Of a stretch of 35,475 nucleotides of DNA, positions 1 through 9,950 are shown in pieces. The position numbers and the translations under genes were made by a program. Within the stretch, counting starts at the first letter, position 1, and every line of letters begins with the position of its first letter. Below the pieces are notes generated by a model. That model did not search any database, had not been told where the DNA came from, and saw only the letters and a list, made by a program, of their open reading frames with translations. The stretch lies in sequence record DRR723986_4714. One strand, written 5' to 3'.

Positions 1-138
1 AGACCCGGGGCCTACTCGTTTGCAGAGCGTATGAGGGTTGGATGAGGCGATGCCTCTTTCAAGTCGGACGCAAGATCCGGCACGCAATGCCGTCTTAGGG
101 CATCGCCCGGCCGCGGGAAGTCGAATGACCACCGCCTC

Positions 139-672
139 TCAATCACTCACCCCGTCCAACTCGTCCGAGAGGTTCTCCCGGATCCGCCGGGTAACCGCGA
201 GAAACCCCTCGATTTCCGCAGGTGAGAGGCCGCTGAGCATTTTCTGTTCGACGGCTTTCAGCTTGGGAGCAAGATCCTCGAAAGCCGCGCGTCCATCCTC
301 TGAAAGCTGCAATAGAAAACTGCGGCCGTCGGCCTCGTTGCTTTCGCGGGTCAGAAAGCCACGCTCCTCCATACGTTTCACGGCCCGGCTGACAACGACC
401 TTGTCCATGCTGGAGCGGGCAACGATCTCGCTTGCCTGCAGTCCGCCAGAGGCCGAGCCGAGAATGGCCATGGTGCGCCATTCGGCAGGCATCATGCCGT
501 AATCACGCTGGTAAACCGCTGAAAGAGCCCGTGTGACGTCGGAATAAAAGACACGCACCCGGTAGGGGAAAAAAGTTTCCAGCTCGAAGTCGGGCAATGG
601 CGTCTCCGGCGTTTCGCTCGCAATCCCAATGGCTTCTTGGGTCTCGGTCTCCGGATTGGTCAGCTTGGTCAT
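139..672 (-). CDS. MarR-family transcriptional regulator
   Basis: 177 aa; winged-helix MarR signature (ASEIVARSSMDKVVVSRAVKRMEERGFLTRESNEADGRSFLLQLSEDG, with DxR); divergent from the TRAP operon. Confidence 0.9.
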   Translation of the reverse strand: MTKLTNPETETQEAIGIASETPETPLPDFELETFFPYRVRVFYSDVTRALSAVYQRDYGMMPAEWRTMAILGSASGGLQASEIVARSSMDKVVVSRAVKRMEERGFLTRESNEADGRSFLLQLSEDGRAAFEDLAPKLKAVEQKMLSGLSPAEIEGFLAVTRRIRENLSDELDGVSD

Positions 673-724
673 CGGCGCTCAACAGTATTGGTTAGGTCGT
701 CTGCACGATTTTACGATTGACTTG

Positions 725-758
725 GTTTCATGTGTAACTATTTTGTTGCATATGTAAC
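725..758. promoter_or_regulatory. Two tandem imperfect palindromes, candidate MarR operators
   Basis: GTTTCATGTGTAAC (725-738) and GTTGCATATGTAAC (745-758), 20 bp apart, both close to the perfect palindrome GTTACATATGTAAC, in the AT-rich divergent intergenic region. Confidence 0.7.
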
Positions 759-836
759 TATGTTTGGCATCACGTTTCAAGTCCGGGATCATACCGGCAA
801 GAACGGCCTTCATGAAATGAAGGGGAGGAGAAAATC

Positions 837-1865
837 GTGAAACAGTTGAAGTGTCTTTCCATTCTCGCAGGTGTGGCAGCGTCCGCATTGACCGGTTTCA
901 TCGCCAGCGCATCCGCCGACGAACTGGTTCTGTCGTCCTGGCTGCCGCCGAAACACCCGCTCGTTACCGATGTGATGGAGCCCTGGGCAGCAGAAGTTGC
1001 CAAGGCTACCGATGGCCGCGTAACCGTGCGCATTCTACCCAAGCCGGTCGGCTCGCCGCCCGAGCATTTCGACCTTGCCGCCGAAGGCATCGTCGACATC
1101 ACCTACGGCCTGCACTCCTTCACGCGCGACGACCGTTTCCTGCGTTCGCGCATTGGCCAATTCTCCTTCATCGCAAACACCGCAACCGAAGGCTCCAAGG
1201 CCTATTGGGACGTCTATGGCGGGACCCTCGACGCGCAAGGCGAACACAAGGGCACCAAGCTGCTCGGCCTTTGGGTTCACGGCCCCGGCATGTTCCACAA
1301 CAACCAGCGCAAGATCGAAAAGCCTGAAGATTTTGCCGGTCTGAAGATCCGCACGCCGGGCGGCTATGTTGCGGACCTGTCTCAGGAACTTGACATCATC
1401 ACCCAGTTCATGGGCCCGGGCGAAGTCTACGAGAAGCTGTCCCGCGGTGTCATCGATGGTGTCACCTTCCCCATGGAAGCGTTGCAGGCCTTCAATCTGA
1501 CCGACTACACCAAATACTCCATGAGCCTGCCGGGTGGCTTCTACAACACCTCCTGGTTCATGGTCATGAATGAAGATGTCTGGGACGGCCTTTCGGAAGA
1601 AGACCAGGCGGCCATCGACAAGATTTCCGGTGAAGCCCTTGCCGAAATGGCCGGCGGCGTCTGGGATGGCGCGGATGCCCGTGCGGCTTCCTACATTGCC
1701 GACAAGGACATTGAGGTCTACGACGCACCGGCCCCGGTTCTGGAGGCGGTGAAGGAACTTGCAGCCAAGCATGAAGCCACCTGGGCGGCTGCCGTTGCCG
1801 AAACCGGCTTTGACGGTACCGCCGCTCTGGCCGAGTTCCGCGACAAAACCGGCATCAAGCACTAA
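837..1865 (+). CDS. dctP: TRAP transporter substrate-binding protein (DctP family)
   Basis: GTG start after GGAGGAG; signal peptide (ASA-DE); DFAGLKIRTPG and EVYEKLSRGVIDG motifs; followed by dctQ and dctM. Confidence 0.92.
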   Translation: MKQLKCLSILAGVAASALTGFIASASADELVLSSWLPPKHPLVTDVMEPWAAEVAKATDGRVTVRILPKPVGSPPEHFDLAAEGIVDITYGLHSFTRDDRFLRSRIGQFSFIANTATEGSKAYWDVYGGTLDAQGEHKGTKLLGLWVHGPGMFHNNQRKIEKPEDFAGLKIRTPGGYVADLSQELDIITQFMGPGEVYEKLSRGVIDGVTFPMEALQAFNLTDYTKYSMSLPGGFYNTSWFMVMNEDVWDGLSEEDQAAIDKISGEALAEMAGGVWDGADARAASYIADKDIEVYDAPAPVLEAVKELAAKHEATWAAAVAETGFDGTAALAEFRDKTGIKH

Positions 1866-1867
1866 GC

Positions 1868-2377
1868 ATGTCTGCCGAATCCAACGGCCAGGCCCCTCGC
1901 CGGATCGATACGATCCGGCGAGGGGCCGGTTTCCTGCTCGGGCTGGCCTGTTTATGTGTGCTGGCCGGCCTGATCGGGCTAACCTGTGTCGACGTCGTCG
2001 CACGCTATGCCTTCAACAGCCCCGTGAACGGTGCTTATGAGCTGACGGAGCTGCTGCTGGCCACGCTGATCTTCCTGGCCCTGCCACTGACGACCGCTGC
2101 CGGCGAACATATCGAGGTGGAGCTGCTCGACGGGCTCAAGAGCGCCCTTCTCAAACGGCTCGGCACATTGGTTGCCGCTGTTTGCACGGTCGGTGTCCTG
2201 GCCCTGATCGCATTCAAGCTGTTCGAGCATGCCGAGAAGATGGACCGTCGCGGACAGGTGACGGATTCCCTTCAGATCCCGCTCTCGCTGATCGGTTGGC
2301 TGGGAGCTGCCTCCTTCGCGCTCTCCGCCATCGCCGCCATAGTCTTCGCGGCCAAGCGGTTCCGCGAAAAAGCTTGA
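1868..2377 (+). CDS. dctQ: TRAP transporter small permease
   Basis: 169 aa, about 4 TM segments; DVVARYAFNSP..G..EL and GEHIEVELL motifs. Confidence 0.9.
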   Translation: MSAESNGQAPRRIDTIRRGAGFLLGLACLCVLAGLIGLTCVDVVARYAFNSPVNGAYELTELLLATLIFLALPLTTAAGEHIEVELLDGLKSALLKRLGTLVAAVCTVGVLALIAFKLFEHAEKMDRRGQVTDSLQIPLSLIGWLGAASFALSAIAAIVFAAKRFREKA

Positions 2378-2395
2378 TACCAGTGAGTATTGAAT

Positions 2396-3703
2396 ATGCT
2401 TGAAGCTCTGATCGGTTTCGTTGCGCTCTTCGCGCTCGTGCTTCTGCGCGTGCCCATTGCAATTGCAATGATCATCGTCGGCACTGCCGGGTTCGCGGCC
2501 CTGCGCAACTGGAATGCCGCGCTGAACCTGCTCGGAAATGCGGCCTTCGAAACCGGCCTTTCGTTCACCCTTTCAGTGATCCCGTTGTTCATTCTGATGG
2601 GCAACCTCCTGACCATTTCCGGTGTCAGCCAGTCGCTGTTCTCGACCGCTCACCACATGCTTCACCGCATGCGTGGTGGCCTTGCCATGGCGGCCATTGT
2701 CGCCTGTGGCGGCTTTTCGGCAGTTTGCGGCTCGTCTCTGGCAACGGCCGCCACCATGTCCAAGGTGGCCATGCCTTCCATGCGCAAGGCAGGCTATGCC
2801 GACAGTCTGGCAACCGGCTCCATCGCTGCCGGTGGCACGCTTGGCATTCTGATCCCGCCTTCTGTCATCCTGATCATCTACGGCCTGCTGACCGAGGCCG
2901 ACATCGGCAAATTGTTCATTGCCGGCATCATCCCGGGCCTGCTGGGCGTATTGTTCTATCTCGGCGCCATTTACGTCACGGTTCTGCTGAAACCCGAGCT
3001 TGCGCCAACCGCGTCCGAAGACATGAAGCTCGAAAAGCGTGACGTCTGGGGTGTTCTGGCAGTTGTCGGGCTATTTGCCGTGATCATGATCGGCATCTAC
3101 GGCGGCTTCTTCACACCGACAGAAGCAGCCGGCATCGGTGCTGCCGCCGCCTTCGTGATCGCGCTCGTGTCCGGTGGTCTGACGTTTGAAAAGCTCTACA
3201 CCGCCGCGCTCAACTGTGCGCGTACCACGGCGATGATCTTCGCGATCATCATTGGCGCGGAAGTCTTTTCCAACTTCATCAGCTATGCCGGTGTGCCTGA
3301 CGCATTGTTGACCTTCGTTCAGTCGCTCGACGTCAACGCCTATGTCGTCATTCTGGTTCTGGTACTGATCTACGTGGTGCTGGGGGCAGTGCTGGAAAGC
3401 CTGTCGATGATCCTGCTGACGGTCCCGGTCTTCTTCCCGCTGGTCAGCTCGCTCGATTTTGGTGGCGGTTTGCTGGCAGATCCGGAAATGGTGCTGATCT
3501 GGTTCGGCATCATCGTGGTGGTGGTGACCGAAATCAGCCTGATCTCGCCGCCGATCGGCCTCAACGTCTTCGTGCTTCGCTCTGTGCTGACGGACGTGCC
3601 GTTGAGGACGATGTTCGCCGGCATTCTGCCGTTCTGGCTGGCCGACATCCTGCGCCTGGCGCTGTTGATTGCTGTTCCGCTGCTGTCACTGGCGCTCATC
3701 TGA
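2396..3703 (+). CDS. dctM: TRAP transporter large permease
   Basis: Very hydrophobic; IPLFILMG, GSSLATAATM, GGTLGILIPPS, TPTEAAG and ISPPIGLNVFV motifs. An alternative TTG start lies at 2390. Confidence 0.93.
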   Translation: MLEALIGFVALFALVLLRVPIAIAMIIVGTAGFAALRNWNAALNLLGNAAFETGLSFTLSVIPLFILMGNLLTISGVSQSLFSTAHHMLHRMRGGLAMAAIVACGGFSAVCGSSLATAATMSKVAMPSMRKAGYADSLATGSIAAGGTLGILIPPSVILIIYGLLTEADIGKLFIAGIIPGLLGVLFYLGAIYVTVLLKPELAPTASEDMKLEKRDVWGVLAVVGLFAVIMIGIYGGFFTPTEAAGIGAAAAFVIALVSGGLTFEKLYTAALNCARTTAMIFAIIIGAEVFSNFISYAGVPDALLTFVQSLDVNAYVVILVLVLIYVVLGAVLESLSMILLTVPVFFPLVSSLDFGGGLLADPEMVLIWFGIIVVVVTEISLISPPIGLNVFVLRSVLTDVPLRTMFAGILPFWLADILRLALLIAVPLLSLALI

Positions 3704-3787
3704 GGCTTTACCGGCCGGTGCATGGCCAGGAAAACCGAACGCCAAAGAATTGCCGGACGGTGGCCACACCGCCCGGCATACCTTTCA

Positions 3788-4537
3788 TCAGGCCGCCAGC
3801 GCTTCTGCGTCGCTGCCGGCAGGAAGATGGGCGGGACACGACGGATCGGTTACCGCCCGCCAGATGGCTTTGACCACATCCTCCGACCGGGTCGGTTCCT
3901 TGTCGGCATCTGCCATGAAGGCTCTCATCACTTCCTCGACAAAGGGCTTGTAGGTCACAGGTGCTTCCAATGCATCCGCCATCAACGCTCGTGCATTCGT
4001 GCCAAAGCTGGTCGAAGGTGCGCGGCCCGGCAAAACCAGCTGGACGCGGATGCCAAGCGGCGCAAGCTCCAGAGCCAGGCAATCGGTATATGCATTCACG
4101 GCCGCCTTGCTGGCGGTATAGACCGGTAGCAGCGGCAAGGACTTCAGCGTGACACTGGACGACACGTTGACGATAACACCCTCGCCCTTCTTCCGCATCT
4201 GCGGCAGCACCGCGCGGATCATCTCGAACGTCCCGAAGGTGTTGGTGTCGAATATCCTGCGCACCACCTCTTCCGACGTTGCCTCGAAGGGTGACAACCA
4301 GCCAACACCAGCATTGTTGACCAGCACGTCAACCGGACCAGCGGCAGCCACGGCCTCGGCAATGCTGGTGTGATCTGTCACGTCCAGCGGCAGAATGCGC
4401 AAATGTTCAGAGGCCGGCAGCAAGGTGGCGTCGGGTTTGCGCATGGTCGCAACCACCCGCCAGCCCTCGTTCAGAAAATGCCGCGCCGTTTCCAGCCCGA
4501 AGCCGGAGGAACATCCAGTAATCATGATGGTCTTCAT
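3788..4537 (-). CDS. Short-chain dehydrogenase/reductase
   Basis: TGCSSGFG Rossmann motif, NNAG, catalytic YTASK. Confidence 0.93.
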   Translation of the reverse strand: MKTIMITGCSSGFGLETARHFLNEGWRVVATMRKPDATLLPASEHLRILPLDVTDHTSIAEAVAAAGPVDVLVNNAGVGWLSPFEATSEEVVRRIFDTNTFGTFEMIRAVLPQMRKKGEGVIVNVSSSVTLKSLPLLPVYTASKAAVNAYTDCLALELAPLGIRVQLVLPGRAPSTSFGTNARALMADALEAPVTYKPFVEEVMRAFMADADKEPTRSEDVVKAIWRAVTDPSCPAHLPAGSDAEALAA

Positions 4538-4632
4538 GACAAAGTCTCCTGTTGTTGGATGCTCCCCATATCGACACGACGGACAAAACTTTCTATCATG
4601 AGAAGTCTCAGTCTTTTTATCGAAAGTCCGAA

Positions 4633-5547
4633 ATGGCAGATCCCCTGTCCGAAGTGATCACACTTCTGCGGCCCAGAGCCCCCTTCTCGAAAATCGGGGA
4701 AGCCTCCGGCCCCTTCCGGGTGCGACGGGACGATGTCAACGAAGCGTTCTATTGCCTGGTGCTGATGGGGCGGCTCAACCTGGAAGTGGACGGAAGAGCA
4801 CCGGTGATATTGTCAGCGGGCGATTTTGCGCTGCTGCCCGCCGTTGGCGGACTGACTGTCACCAGTCTCGATCCGCCACCACCGCCAGGCTATTTCAGCC
4901 AGCCTGTTTACGGGGAAGATGGTGTTGTGCGCGTCGGCATGCTGGACCCGCGTGAAACCCCGCCCCAGGTTCAGCAGCTGGTTGGCCATTGCAGCTTCGG
5001 CAGCCCGGATGCCGAGCTGCTGGTCTCTCTTCTGCCAGAGATGGTGGTTGTGCGCGGCGAAGATCGTCTGGCGTCGCTGGCAGCCCTGGTACGCGACGAG
5101 GCACGGGCCGATCGCCCTGCAAGGGATGTGGTGCTGGAAAACCTTCTGCAGGTCCTCCTGATCGAGGCCTTCCGTTCAAGCGTCCAGTCCACTGCTTCCA
5201 CCGGGCTTCTCAGCGGCCTGGCGGATGCTCGGGTGGCCCCTGCCCTGCGTGCCATGCACGGCGCGCCGCAACAGGCCTGGTCGATCCGGGCGCTTGCCGG
5301 CGAGGCAGGCCTCTCCCGCTCCGCGTTCTTTACCCGTTTCAACCGCATTGTCGGCCTACCGCCAATGAGTTACCTGCTCAGCTGGCGCATGACGCTAGCC
5401 AAGCACATGCTGCGCTCAGGTCTTCACAGCATCGGCGAGATTTCCAGCCGGACCGGCTATGGCTCCACCAGCGCCTTCAGCACAGCCTTTACCCGGCACG
5501 TTGGCTGCCCGCCTGTCAGATACGGCAAGGCAGGTGCAACGACCTGA
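4633..5547 (+). CDS. AraC-family regulator with N-terminal cupin domain
   Basis: Start at MADPLSEVI (ATG 4633); C-terminal AraC HTH (LAGEAGLSRSAFFTRFNRIVG...GYGSTSAFSTAFTRHVGCPP); divergent from the SDR. Confidence 0.9.
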   Translation: MADPLSEVITLLRPRAPFSKIGEASGPFRVRRDDVNEAFYCLVLMGRLNLEVDGRAPVILSAGDFALLPAVGGLTVTSLDPPPPPGYFSQPVYGEDGVVRVGMLDPRETPPQVQQLVGHCSFGSPDAELLVSLLPEMVVVRGEDRLASLAALVRDEARADRPARDVVLENLLQVLLIEAFRSSVQSTASTGLLSGLADARVAPALRAMHGAPQQAWSIRALAGEAGLSRSAFFTRFNRIVGLPPMSYLLSWRMTLAKHMLRSGLHSIGEISSRTGYGSTSAFSTAFTRHVGCPPVRYGKAGATT

Positions 5548-5552
5548 ACCGT

Positions 5553-7076
5553 CTATTGTTCCGAGAAACCCTCCCAGGATGGCTTCACCCGGCGCGTAAT
5601 CGGCAGAAACTGACCGGCTTCGTAGTAAAGGTTCGGCGATATGTATCGGGCGCTGACCCAACCTGTCTGCCCTTCGAACTGTCCCTGGTACCAGATGCCG
5701 ACCTTGTCTCCGCGGATCATGCAACCGGTCAAGGAGAGCGTGGCACCGGCAGGCAACATACCCAGTACCTGCCCACCCACATCAGGGCTGGAGCGGAAAT
5801 TCACATTGCTTTTCACCCGGCCGGACGGGCCACCGTTTTCGCTAGCCCAGCTGTTTTTGGCAACAAGCCTGTTGTCCGAGCACCCAAGGACGTTCCCCAT
5901 CAGACCCAGCGTTACAGGGGCTGAAACGACTTTCCTGGAAGCACACCAGCCCTGCAAGCCACCGTCGACCTCCTCGTTTCCGGGGCCCTGTTGCAGACAA
6001 AGAGGTTTGCCACGCCAGAGTGCAACGGACAGAGCCCCTTCTGGGGTCACCGACAGCTGGCACGAGAACGTATCGGTATAGAGAGTTGCCGTTCTGCCTT
6101 TCAAAGCTTTCAAGTCCGAAAGCGAGAACTCCGAGTTCATGAACTGAAACAGGTCGGCGACCTCGTAGTAGGCCTTGAAGGATCGCCCCGCCACATTGAC
6201 GGCATTGCAGATTTCGTTGGCGTCGTAGTCGACACCATCTCCCACATGGACAAGGTTTGCTTCAGCTTCGTTGGAAACGGGAGAAAAACCGAGGTTCCAG
6301 GTGTTAATTCCGCCGCGCAGATAGAAGAAGCTGTCTGCCGTCGAATGCTTCAGGGCTTCCATCATCAGCTCAGGCGGATTGATGTTGAAGCCAATCAGCT
6401 TGCTGTATTGTTCGGTCACCTGGTAGCCAAAGGCCAGGATCTTGTCGATACGCTCGACCTGCGCGCCCTGATCTCCGGCAAGATATGCCATGTGAAAGCC
6501 CAGTTCCGCGCCTTTTTCGACATATCTGGCATCGCTGGCAAAGGGGTGCACCATGTCCACGGACAGAGAGAATGCCAGAGCACAGGCAGACACACAGCTG
6601 GTGTTCTTCAGCACGAAGACACCACCAATGTTCGGGTCCTGACTTTCAAGATTGTACCGGATGCTGTCAGCGATCTTGAACCCTTCGAGGAAATCGCCAC
6701 CAGGACTGTTGAAAACGAGGTAACGCATCGACGGGCCACTTATGCTGTCCAGAAAAGCAGACAACTTGCCGGCATCGCCCTTTACGATCGGGCCTGAAAG
6801 CTCGATCACATGCGTTCCCATTTCCGGTTCCGCAGGATAAAGCGCAAACTGATCGATCTGCCTAACCTCCCCGTCTTCCAAGTTCGGAAGCTGCGCCAGA
6901 ACGCTGTGCGGTCCCTCAGGGGGATAGATAAGTTTGAGGCTTCTCAGGTGCGGCTCGAGATCCGGCCGCAGCCTGAATTCGGCTGCATTTGCAAAGGGCA
7001 TGGAAAACGCCCCCAGCAGAATTATGAAAAGCACGGCACCAGCCTTGCACCAGAGATCACCCGCAACTCTCGTCAT
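5553..7076 (-). CDS. Secreted hypothetical protein with ClpP/crotonase-like (COG3904-type) domain and C-terminal bacterial SH3 domain
   Basis: Hydrophobic signal ending ANA-AE; IELSGPIVKGD / FNSPGGD / CVSACALAF / LGFH motifs; C-terminal VNFRSSPD..GQVLG...WY...GQTGWVSARYI. Start uncertain (7076, 7097 or 7157). Confidence 0.7.
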   Translation of the reverse strand: MTRVAGDLWCKAGAVLFIILLGAFSMPFANAAEFRLRPDLEPHLRSLKLIYPPEGPHSVLAQLPNLEDGEVRQIDQFALYPAEPEMGTHVIELSGPIVKGDAGKLSAFLDSISGPSMRYLVFNSPGGDFLEGFKIADSIRYNLESQDPNIGGVFVLKNTSCVSACALAFSLSVDMVHPFASDARYVEKGAELGFHMAYLAGDQGAQVERIDKILAFGYQVTEQYSKLIGFNINPPELMMEALKHSTADSFFYLRGGINTWNLGFSPVSNEAEANLVHVGDGVDYDANEICNAVNVAGRSFKAYYEVADLFQFMNSEFSLSDLKALKGRTATLYTDTFSCQLSVTPEGALSVALWRGKPLCLQQGPGNEEVDGGLQGWCASRKVVSAPVTLGLMGNVLGCSDNRLVAKNSWASENGGPSGRVKSNVNFRSSPDVGGQVLGMLPAGATLSLTGCMIRGDKVGIWYQGQFEGQTGWVSARYISPNLYYEAGQFLPITRRVKPSWEGFSEQ

Positions 7077-7301
7077 GTCTCGTCTCACGTTGAACATTGG
7101 CCACCTGACTAGCAGGCAGCCGCCTTGTTCACTGCCCCCAGATAGGGAAGACGGCAACGATTATTTGTTCAGGACGCTGGATTTCAGACTGCATCAAGCA
7201 GACAAGCGCACACCGGAGAACAAGGATCATTCTCCGCCGCATGAGAGCCGGAGGCAACATGCGGATAAGGTTTCCAATTGCGGCTGTTAAGGGTACCCGC
7301 C

Positions 7302-7907
7302 TCAGACGTTCTGCAGCGTCCAGGCAGCCATTTCTGCAAACACCCGGTCCGCTGAAGCGTTCATCGCCTCGACCGCCTTGTCGACGGTCGTGCTGCCGGA
7401 AGATGTTTCCGCCCGGAAGACCTTGTTGGCAACTGTGCGACCGTTGCGGTCGTTGACGATGCGGGCTGAAATTTCGACGACACCGCGATTGGCACCCGCC
7501 ACCTGCAGTTCGAAAGCACGGATTTCCGTCTGGAGCTGATAATCGATCAGCAGGCCGTCGCCCGGCAGGCCAACCCCGCGCAGGCGGTTGGTGTTTTGCA
7601 GGGTTTCGACCAGTTTCAGCTGCACCACGTTGGGCAGCGTGTCGGCCCAGGCAGAATCCGGGAAGTAGCTATAGACCGGCCCCTTGTCGACAACCGCGAT
7701 GTAACTGGTGTCGAGCGCCTTCAGTGCCCGGGGTGCGGAAACGAGAACCTGAACGCGGCTGGACCGGCCCTGTAGGCCACCGACGTCGGCCGCACCGATG
7801 CTGTAGTAGGCCGACGGCGCTGAACTGGCGCATCCGGACACAAGCACGCCGAGCCCGAGAGCGGTCAAGACGCCCCGGCGGGTCATGTCAGTGGTTGCCT
7901 TCGTCAT
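7302..7907 (-). CDS. ABC/MCE transport auxiliary lipoprotein (PqiC-like)
   Basis: Lipobox VSGC after a TRR-containing signal; WADTLP..VQ and YQLQTEIRAFE motifs; last gene of the MCE operon. Confidence 0.85.
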   Translation of the reverse strand: MTKATTDMTRRGVLTALGLGVLVSGCASSAPSAYYSIGAADVGGLQGRSSRVQVLVSAPRALKALDTSYIAVVDKGPVYSYFPDSAWADTLPNVVQLKLVETLQNTNRLRGVGLPGDGLLIDYQLQTEIRAFELQVAGANRGVVEISARIVNDRNGRTVANKVFRAETSSGSTTVDKAVEAMNASADRVFAEMAAWTLQNV

Positions 7908-7933
7908 ACGCCCCTGCCTCTGCACATTCAGTC

Positions 7934-9940
7934 TCACCGGCGCCGCCCGCCGGAATATGTCGGCACATCTTCACCGCCGAAGATCACCCGGTTCGGACTG
8001 CGTTCAAAGCTTTCCGCCGCCCGCTGGATCGAGATCAGTGTCCGGTTAACCTGCGCCAGCGCCGCAGCGAAATCCGCAGAGCCCTGGGTCGCAAACTTGG
8101 AAAGCCCGCCGGCGATCGAATCTGCCCGGCTTTCAAACGCAACCGCAACCTTCCGGATTGCCTGCGCGGCCAACGTCGCTTCCTTGATCAAGCCTTCACC
8201 ATCGCCGTCCACCATGGTGGAAACCTTCTCAACCAGGCTTTCGACGCGCACCGAGGTGGAATTCAGCGTCGCGGTCATCTGCTTGGCATCGGTGATGATC
8301 TGGTCGACGTCAGGTGTCCGCTTGGAGAGATCGTCCGTCATCTGCTGAACGTTGTCCGCAGCCTTGCGGGCACTTTCCAGGATGGCCGGAATGCCGTCTT
8401 CCGGATTTGCAAGACCTGCTGTCGCCGTTTCGACGGAACCGACGATATTCGCAACCTTTTCCGGATCCACGGCCTTCATAAGATCATTCGCGGTCTGAAG
8501 CGTCGTCGCAAAACGTTCGGCAGCCGCCTGAACATCCGTTATCAGCGCCGCGATCCGGTCATCCTGGCCGCGAACCGTCGCTGAAACCGCCTCGAAGTTC
8601 TGAACGGTGGACTTGGTCGAAGCGATGATCTCGTTGATCTGCGTCTGCTGATTGTTGAAGTTGTCGATGATGCTGGAAACATTGTCGACGGCCTTGCTGA
8701 CCTTCTGCGGATCGACACTCGCCACAAGCTCGTCGACCTTACCCAGCGATGCATTGAGGCTGTCGGTGAAGGTGCTGACATTGGCAACCACTTCCTCGAC
8801 CTTCAGCGGATCAATGGCAGCGGCAATTTCCACGCCGCGCGTCATGATGGCATCCACCTTGACCACGACATCACGCCCGCCTTGCACGATATCCTTGATC
8901 GCGCCTTCCTGGTTCCTGATGTTTTCCACCACTGCATTGACGTTCTGCATGGTTTCGCTGGTGGAACTGATCAGCTTGTCGATGTCCCCGGTGCGCTTCT
9001 GCAGCACCTCGCCAAGGGCTGCGGCCCCTTGCACCACCTTCTGAACATCTTCAGGATCAACGGCGCCAACAATCTTGTGAACGCGATCCAGCCCTTCATT
9101 CAGGTTCACAGTAAAGGTCTGCAGTTCCTTGGCCGCGCTCTGGGCATCGGCCATCAGGAGATCGATGTCGCTGCTGGCCTTGCCGAGACTTGCAGAAAAC
9201 TTGGAAAGGTCATCGACAATGGCAGTGACCTTGTCGGAAGGCACGGCAGCCAGCAGGCGTTCACCTTCCTGCACCAGCGTCTCAAGCCGGCCGGACAGGC
9301 TGGAAAACGCATCGGAAGCCTTGCCGATGCTGGCCATGAAATCCTTCACGCCATCGGAATTGGCGGCCAGCGCGGCCGAAAAGGTCTCTGCGTTGTTGAC
9401 GATCTCGGTGATTGCGGGACCGTTGTCCTTCAGCAGGTCGTCGACCGTCTTCATGGTCGAATCCGCACGCTTGAGAACATCGCGGGCACCATCAACGATG
9501 TCATCGAAGAAGGACCGTTCGGCGTAGATGACCGGAACTTTGTCCTCGTCCTGGTCGTCGGCCATGCTCAGCAGAAGCGGCGATTCAGATGTTCCGCCAC
9601 TGAGGTCGACATAGGCGACACCTGTCAGACCGGTAAAATTCAGCGTTGCCTTGGTATCTTCGCGCAAGGGCGTCGAGGGCTTGATGCCAACGGTGGCCAC
9701 AACCTTGGTCGGATCCCCCGGTGCAAAGTCCAGCGATTTCACATCGCCGACCTTGATGCCGTTGAAAAGCACCTGCCCCCCGACCGGAAGCCCCGTCACA
9801 GGTCCGGGATAGACGATCTTCAGTTCAACATTCTGCCTGGATTCCGCGGTGACGGCGAGCCAATACACAAAGCCGAACGCACCGATCAGGATTGCGACCA
9901 TGAAGGCGCCGATCAGAATATAGTTCGCGCGGGTTTCCAT
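7934..9940 (-). CDS. mlaD: MlaD/MCE-family protein with very long helical repeat region
   Basis: METRANYILIGAF N-terminal TM; MCE domain (GLPVGGQVLFNGIKVGDV, GLTGVAYVDLSGG); about 500 aa of amphipathic helix; C-terminal ERSPNRVIFG. Confidence 0.88.
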   Translation of the reverse strand: METRANYILIGAFMVAILIGAFGFVYWLAVTAESRQNVELKIVYPGPVTGLPVGGQVLFNGIKVGDVKSLDFAPGDPTKVVATVGIKPSTPLREDTKATLNFTGLTGVAYVDLSGGTSESPLLLSMADDQDEDKVPVIYAERSFFDDIVDGARDVLKRADSTMKTVDDLLKDNGPAITEIVNNAETFSAALAANSDGVKDFMASIGKASDAFSSLSGRLETLVQEGERLLAAVPSDKVTAIVDDLSKFSASLGKASSDIDLLMADAQSAAKELQTFTVNLNEGLDRVHKIVGAVDPEDVQKVVQGAAALGEVLQKRTGDIDKLISSTSETMQNVNAVVENIRNQEGAIKDIVQGGRDVVVKVDAIMTRGVEIAAAIDPLKVEEVVANVSTFTDSLNASLGKVDELVASVDPQKVSKAVDNVSSIIDNFNNQQTQINEIIASTKSTVQNFEAVSATVRGQDDRIAALITDVQAAAERFATTLQTANDLMKAVDPEKVANIVGSVETATAGLANPEDGIPAILESARKAADNVQQMTDDLSKRTPDVDQIITDAKQMTATLNSTSVRVESLVEKVSTMVDGDGEGLIKEATLAAQAIRKVAVAFESRADSIAGGLSKFATQGSADFAAALAQVNRTLISIQRAAESFERSPNRVIFGGEDVPTYSGGRRR

Positions 9941-9950
9941 TCAGTCCAAC

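Noticed and set aside
46..107. Hairpin GGCGATGCC...GGCATCGCC downstream of marR
   Set aside because: Real inverted repeat but no U tract, and context is cut by the window edge; no function can be assigned.
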